Origin: a virus
Lineage: Duplodnaviria > Caudoviricetes
Strand: one strand, 5' to 3'
Length of the DNA stretch: 41,719 bases
IMG/VR virus record: IMGVR_UViG_3300020045_018018
Span: 1-41,719 of that record
Within the stretch, counting starts at the first letter, position 1, and every line of letters begins with the position of its first letter. Shown in pieces: positions 36,942 to 41,719 of this stretch. The position numbers and the translations under genes were made by a program. Below the pieces are notes generated by a model, which had not been told where the DNA came from, made no database searches, and saw only the letters and a program-made list of their open reading frames with translations.

Positions 36942-37226
36942 TTATGAAAAAATCGGAGTAGTTTTATTAATATTTTCATTTAGTCTTACGTTTATAATTT
37001 CCGGTGGATTAATTTCTTGTAATTTTCCTGTAAAATAAGAATCGTAATAAAATTCTCTTAATCTTCGATGTTGACCAAGGGAAACTCTTGTCAAGGCGCA
37101 TTTTTTGCCGTCATTTGACCTATGAAGCGTAATTTTATCATCATTCCATTTTACAAGATCAATAGACTCGTCCGGTTTTATAATTTGCATAACTTCATTC
37201 AAAGTATTAGTTTTAATTTCAAACAT
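36942..37226 (-). CDS. Hypothetical protein
   Basis: RBS GGGGAG. Confidence 0.7.
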   Translation of the reverse strand: MFEIKTNTLNEVMQIIKPDESIDLVKWNDDKITLHRSNDGKKCALTRVSLGQHRRLREFYYDSYFTGKLQEINPPEIINVRLNENINKTTPIFS

Positions 37227-37259
37227 AAAACTCCCCTTATCAAAATAGTCCTTAAAGAC

Positions 37260-37284
37260 GCCGGGAGATTAACAGGCTCCCGGC
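37260..37284. other. Strong intergenic hairpin
   Basis: GCCGGGAG-9 nt-CTCCCGGC perfect 8-bp inverted repeat, no U tract. Confidence 0.6.
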
Positions 37285-37400
37285 ATAGATTACTTAAATC
37301 AAAAAAACACTTTACTATTGTATTATCTCAAAATTTTCACTCACACGAAGTTACTTTTTTGAGTTTTGACCAAAATTAAATTAATAACTTTTTAAATAAA

Positions 37401-37577
37401 TTAATCACTTGAATCAACCTTATAAACATATCCGCAAATTTCGCAGGAATATTCAGTTAAACATTTCCCGATTTCCTTAATGTTTCTTTCGTGTTTTAAT
37501 TCTCTACATTTTAAAACCTCATCCGGTACATGATCCCAGCCATTTTGATAACCGAGATCAAGATAAATATTTTCCAT
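37401..37577 (-). CDS. Small Zn-ribbon-like protein (58 aa)
   Basis: MENIYLDLGYQNGW...KC...H...CEICGYVYKVDSSD; RBS AAGGAG. Confidence 0.7.
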   Translation of the reverse strand: MENIYLDLGYQNGWDHVPDEVLKCRELKHERNIKEIGKCLTEYSCEICGYVYKVDSSD

Positions 37578-37593
37578 AAACTATTACTCCTTA

Positions 37594-37923
37594 TTAAAAT
37601 ATTTTATTTAAAATTTCATCAAATGCTTTATTATGCTGGTCAATCATATAAAGAAAATTATTTATGCTTATTTCTACTCTACCGACAAAAAAACCGTATG
37701 CTAATAGTTTAACAGAATTAAGATATATTCTTTCTTTTTCAGCATGCTCCTTTACCCAGTCAAGACCATCTTTACCAGAGCAATATGTATGTATTTCCAT
37801 TTCTTTCTTTTGGATTTCATTATCAATCGAATAAATATTTTTCCCTTCACTAAAATTTGAAAAATATAAACATAAATGCTCATAAGTTTTTCCCTCCTTT
37901 TCTAACTTACAAAATTTTTCCAT
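37594..37923 (-). CDS. Hypothetical protein
   Basis: RBS GGGAG. Confidence 0.7.
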   Translation of the reverse strand: MEKFCKLEKEGKTYEHLCLYFSNFSEGKNIYSIDNEIQKKEMEIHTYCSGKDGLDWVKEHAEKERIYLNSVKLLAYGFFVGRVEISINNFLYMIDQHNKAFDEILNKIF

Positions 37924-37988
37924 ATAACTCCCTTAATTACATAAATTATTTTGTACTTTTTATTATTATACTTTTTACTTTTTTTTAA

Positions 37989-38130
37989 TTAAATAGTTAA
38001 GTTCTAATAATGCCATCACATTATAACCGTTAGTTACTGGAGATTCCCTTACGGTACTCTGTCTCAAGTATAACGCCAGTTTTGAACTGGTTAATCGACT
38101 TTATTTCTAAAGCCTAACTTTCTATTTCAA
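37989..38130 (-). ncRNA. Multibranched structured RNA immediately 3' of the hammerhead
   Basis: Closing stem plus four hairpins, including GAAA and GUAA tetraloops and an AGUA/GAA loop-E motif. Confidence 0.65.
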
Positions 38131-38217
38131 TCAGCGATCTGGTCGGCAGGCGTGGAGAGATATTCCGAGATTCTCACGTCTAACCAGATTTCGTCCTTAT
38201 AGACTCATCAGGCTGAT
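38130..38217 (-). ncRNA. Type I hammerhead ribozyme
   Basis: AUCAGC-CUGAUGA-GUCU(AUAA)GGAC-GAAA-UCUGGUU...GACCAGA-UC-GCUGAU; all core nucleotides and three stems present; AUC triplet, predicted cut 38136/38135. Confidence 0.93.
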
Positions 38218-38312
38218 GTTTCTTTTTTTATCTTTTTGATAATAAAAATAAATACTACTACTGCGATAATAATTGCTAAACCAATCGCAATAAATAATCC
38301 ATATTCATTCAT
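38208..38312 (-). CDS. Small single-TM peptide (34 aa) ending in the hammerhead core
   Basis: MNEYGLFIAIGLAIIIAVVVFIFIIKKIKKETSA; RBS AAGGAG. Confidence 0.7.
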   Translation of the reverse strand: MNEYGLFIAIGLAIIIAVVVFIFIIKKIKKETSA

Positions 38313-38334
38313 AATTACTCCTTTATATGATTTA

Positions 38335-38589
38335 TTATTTTAATCCAGTTACTTTAAAATTTCTTCTTGTAAAATAATTAACTAATATATTTTTTGAATT
38401 ATTAGGTATCCATTTATCATTTATTAAAGAAGAACCAACATCTTTCTTAAAGAAAAAAAGACCTTTTTCTTTATTATATGCTGCATATTTAATAACATAT
38501 TCAAACTCATGTTTTGTTAAACGTCCAGATACATAGAAGCAGTCTTGAGTATCTTGTATCGTTACAGTTAAACTATTGTTTGTTTTCAT
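38335..38589 (-). CDS. Hypothetical protein
   Basis: AAGGAGTTGAAA before ATG 38589. Confidence 0.7.
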   Translation of the reverse strand: MKTNNSLTVTIQDTQDCFYVSGRLTKHEFEYVIKYAAYNKEKGLFFFKKDVGSSLINDKWIPNNSKNILVNYFTRRNFKVTGLK

Positions 38590-38617
38590 TTTCAACTCCT
38601 TTATATAGTTTTTTATA

Positions 38618-38890
38618 TTATCCAAAAATTAAAAAACTTAAACTTTCATTGTTTTTAATACTTTTTAAAACACGTATAAGAGTATGTTTGCCCAATCTTC
38701 TTATATGACCATCATAGGCATCATCAATTTCTATTATATTCCATCTATTTCTTGTATGATAAAAATGTAATTTTTCGTACCATTCACTGTGACCTTCAAA
38801 ATATTTGTTAGTTATATCATAATGTGTAGAAGGCAATTCATCCCTTATCAAATCACTTAAATTTGTAGAACTTAATTTACTATAATTCAT
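38618..38890 (-). CDS. Hypothetical protein, first gene after a strong early promoter
   Basis: AAGGAGTTGAAA before ATG 38890. Confidence 0.7.
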   Translation of the reverse strand: MNYSKLSSTNLSDLIRDELPSTHYDITNKYFEGHSEWYEKLHFYHTRNRWNIIEIDDAYDGHIRRLGKHTLIRVLKSIKNNESLSFLIFG

Positions 38891-38928
38891 TTTCAACTCC
38901 TTTGGATAATTTCTTATCCTTATAATTA

Positions 38929-38957
38929 AGTATAGTTCTTTATTTACATTTTGTCAA
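38929..38957 (-). promoter_or_regulatory. Near-consensus sigma70 promoter (leftward)
   Basis: TTGACA-17 bp-TATACT. Confidence 0.8.
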
Positions 38958-39017
38958 CAAAATAATAAATTATTCAAATTGTGTTTGTGATTGATTTCAC
39001 ATTATCTGTGTGTTTTA

Positions 39018-39206
39018 TCACAATAAATCTTTAAATTTTTTCCCTGGTTTTTCTGGATTTTCTTCCCAAAGTTTAGCTTTTAGTTCCAATTCTGCAAATT
39101 CTTTTTGAAGTTCGGCAAAATTTATACCTTCAAATGTAACTTTTTGTTTGTTTTTGGTTAATTCTGGTTCAGGGGATTCATCGATGTTATCAAATAATGT
39201 TTTCAT
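39018..39206 (-). CDS. Hypothetical protein
   Basis: Follows the MTase gene directly. Confidence 0.6.
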   Translation of the reverse strand: MKTLFDNIDESPEPELTKNKQKVTFEGINFAELQKEFAELELKAKLWEENPEKPGKKFKDLL

Positions 39207-39208
39207 AT

Positions 39209-39940
39209 TTATAAATCCTTAAATAGTAAATTTGAATTATCTGGAATGTAAAATTCGTTTTTTAATTCTGCTTCTTTTTGTTTAATGCGTTCTATAGAAA
39301 TGTCACAATATTTTTTTTCTTTTTCAATCAGAATACATTGTCTATTTAATTCTAAGCAAGAAATTCCAGTTGTTCCGCTTCCAGAAAAACAATCCAATAT
39401 AATTCCTGATTTTGAATATTTTTTTATCAATTTTTCAAATAATTTTTTTGGCTTTTGAGTGGGATGATAATTTGATCTCTCCGATGGATCATCTTTAAAC
39501 GCCCCACACCATCTTTGTGTAAATTTCCTGCAAGTCCCATAAAAAGAAGACCACGCCAATTCGCAATCGGCAAAATAATTTTCTCCTGTTAATTTATCCC
39601 AAACTATTGGCTCTTTTGTGTTCCCCAAAAAATCGGCATAATAATTAAATCCAAAAATTATTTGATTCTTTGAAATTTGTTTTATTTTATCAAAATATAT
39701 TTTTGGAATTCTTTCCAAATCCCATTCTTGAGATTCTCCAAAATTTTTAAAATTTTTATTCATAAATCCTGTTATTTTTTTCCCACAAATACCATAAGGA
39801 GGATCGGTTAGAATTAAATCAATTGCTTTTTTTGGTATTTGCTGCATAATTTCAAAACAATCATTATTATACAAAACAATATTTTCAGTTTCAAAATATG
39901 GTTTTTCTTTAATTCTATTTTTTATTTCTTGTAATTCCAA
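39209..39940 (-). CDS. N6-adenine/N4-cytosine DNA methyltransferase (beta class)
   Basis: TDPPYG, HPTQKP, DCFSGSGTT. Confidence 0.93.
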   Translation of the reverse strand: MELQEIKNRIKEKPYFETENIVLYNNDCFEIMQQIPKKAIDLILTDPPYGICGKKITGFMNKNFKNFGESQEWDLERIPKIYFDKIKQISKNQIIFGFNYYADFLGNTKEPIVWDKLTGENYFADCELAWSSFYGTCRKFTQRWCGAFKDDPSERSNYHPTQKPKKLFEKLIKKYSKSGIILDCFSGSGTTGISCLELNRQCILIEKEKKYCDISIERIKQKEAELKNEFYIPDNSNLLFKDL

Positions 39941-39943
39941 AAT

Positions 39944-40630
39944 TTAATCCTTAAATAGTAAATTTTCTGAATCCGGTAAATGGTATTTACCGTCAATACG
40001 TGCCTTTTCTAATTCAAAACGTTTTTCTTGAGCTTCAAAATAATCTTTGTCAATTTCGCAACCTGTAAAATCAAAGCCAAGTTCATAACAAGCGATTCGA
40101 CTACTTCCTGAGCCTAAATGGCTGTCAAATATTTTGTCATTAGGTTTTGCGTAGTTTTGTAATAACCAGCGGTATAATGCAACTGGTTTTTGGGTGGGGT
40201 GAATTTTTTTATCATTAAAATTAGACAGGCTTCTTGAATATTCAAAAACTCTCAATGCCTTATTAAAAGATGTATATGCCAGTTCGCCATCTGCCAGACT
40301 AAAATCTCTTTGACCCTTATCCCAAAAAATCCATCCAGATGATCCGGAAAGAAATTGAACAAAATAATTTCCACCCCAAATTATTTGATCCTTGCTTATA
40401 CGAAATAACTCATCAAAATATTTTTTATCGGGTGTTTTATTATTCCATCCTTTACTTGCTTTGTCCCAAAAATCGCCGCTATTCCAACCATTCTGTTTTG
40501 ATCTTCCGCCTTCGAGTCGGCATAATTCGCCATATTCGGGATCGCAAATCGCTAACTCAAAGTATTTATCAGGAATTTTTTTCATGAATTCCATACAATC
40601 GCAATTATAAGCAACATTCCCCATTTTCAA
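39944..40630 (-). CDS. N6-adenine/N4-cytosine DNA methyltransferase (beta class, DPEY variant)
   Basis: CDPEYG, QIIWGGNYF, HPTQKP, DSHLGSGS. Confidence 0.9.
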   Translation of the reverse strand: MKMGNVAYNCDCMEFMKKIPDKYFELAICDPEYGELCRLEGGRSKQNGWNSGDFWDKASKGWNNKTPDKKYFDELFRISKDQIIWGGNYFVQFLSGSSGWIFWDKGQRDFSLADGELAYTSFNKALRVFEYSRSLSNFNDKKIHPTQKPVALYRWLLQNYAKPNDKIFDSHLGSGSSRIACYELGFDFTGCEIDKDYFEAQEKRFELEKARIDGKYHLPDSENLLFKD

Positions 40631-41719
40631 TACTCCATATTTTCAGTTATTACTCTCTTCCCAATACCTATTAAAATTCTCGTTGTCTTCAGATTACCCA
40701 AATCATCTTGAATATTTTTTACACCTTTTTTTAATTTATATCGGTCAATAAATTTTTTTAAAAACGCTGATTTTGAAAAACTCCCAAAATAATCAAGATA
40801 AGTTTGTTTAAAATTTTCTGTTGTTATCCAGGATTTTTCTGATTTTTCAAAATTATCATGAAAAAATTGATCCATCGTGTCGTTATCTTCGATATACATT
40901 TTTTTCGCTTCTTTGCATTCCTTTGATTCAGGAATTTTGTTATTACAGCGATCTCGAAGATCAACATATACTTTAATTAATAATTTTATAATTCCTGCGC
41001 CTTCTTTTTTCAAATCTTCGAGTAATTTTGCTTTGTCTTTCTCTTGATGAAGATTTTCAGGCAAAACACCCATTCTTATATATTCTTCTTTTTTTTCTTC
41101 GTCCGGGTAATAAACTGCCGAGAAAGGCAAAGTCAACAACCTATTCAAAAATGCCGCGTCATTTGCAGGAAAAAATCTAGGTAATTCATTTGTCAATAAT
41201 ATAAGTACCCACGTTTGACGAAAAGATACCATTTTTTCGCCTTTATTCTCTGCTTGAACTTCCGACAGGCTCGTAAGATTTTTAATGTAATTAATCGCAA
41301 GTTCTTCCGCCTCTGCAGACTCGTCAATAATCCCGGCGGTTGAATTTTTCAATTCAATGGTACCGAATCTTCGTTCGGATTTATCACCGTTTCGCATTAT
41401 TACGGCAGGTTTTAGCATGACCGCTCGTTTCGCAAGTAGCCATATAAAAAAATCAGTTAAAGTATTTTTTCCATTATTGCCGAATTTTGAGTACCATATT
41501 TGAAAAGTCTTGAATCCTTTATTTGCAATCATTTGCGAAAAACAATACAACGCCGTTTGTCTTGAGTCTGGGTCAGGAAACATTTGTTTTAATATGCTAT
41601 CAAATAATTTAAGGTCATCGTTTCCATTTTTTATATCGTCAACCGTGAATTAAAACGGGTTTTTAAAATATTCTTTTTCTTCCGGTTCTCGCCTGATAAT
41701 ATTTTCACCAGAAAAATCT
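40627..41719 (-). CDS. D5/P4-family primase-helicase (SF3), 5'-partial, with an internal TAA at 41652-41650
   Basis: GNNGKNT Walker A, IDE Walker B, LTNELP, AFLNRLLTLPF; frame otherwise open to the window edge. Confidence 0.85.

Noticed and set aside
38044-38058. rRNA gene fragment (AGTACCGTAAGGGAA)
   Set aside because: Only 15 nt match and flanks are not rRNA-like; treated as a structural motif
140-40610. Opposite-strand or off-frame ORFs in the track (e.g. 140-430, 1356-1667, 5750-6088, 8140-8478, 13071-13343, 29566-29826, 40339-40587)
   Set aside because: Shadows of well-supported genes, with no RBS or recognisable motifs
1252-41719. Alternative genetic code (TAG or TAA reassigned)
   Set aside because: Genes are full-length in code 11; TAG ends genes at 6420, 12789 and 15437 right before the next RBS, and TAA is the main stop
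1-41719. Integrase, att site, repressor or Mu-type transposase
   Set aside because: None recognised; lifestyle cannot be determined from this window

Overview
Most of an AT-rich tailed dsDNA phage or prophage (myovirus). The rightward late arm (1252-24344) runs from lambda-type terminase, portal, ClpP-like protease, decoration protein and capsid through a Mu-like contractile tail and baseplate to a C39-like peptidase and a holin. The leftward early arm (24383-41719) carries SSB, RecT, YqaJ exonuclease, YopX, three DNA methyltransferases, an SF2 helicase, VRR-NUC, a D5/P4-type primase-helicase and many small ORFs. A spirochaete-like host is a weak inference from the lipoprotein signal and overall gene set. 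Bases 1-1073 look like a lysis cassette from a different, more GC-rich phage, joined through a truncated HNH-AP2 gene. No tail-fibre gene is present, the last baseplate gene appears broken at ~23090, and three early genes carry single nonsense codons. The most interesting signals are non-coding and on the minus strand: (i) a complete type I hammerhead ribozyme whose core doubles as the stop codon of a small membrane-peptide ORF and which would release a ~140-nt multibranched RNA with a loop-E/GNRA motif; (ii) three tRNA-shaped RNAs with large insertions (two can present 23-nt loops on identically shaped stems) flanking a lipoprotein gene, near an unannotated mini-protein resembling the S4-like domain of TyrRS. 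All calls were made by eye; no searches or folding programs were run.
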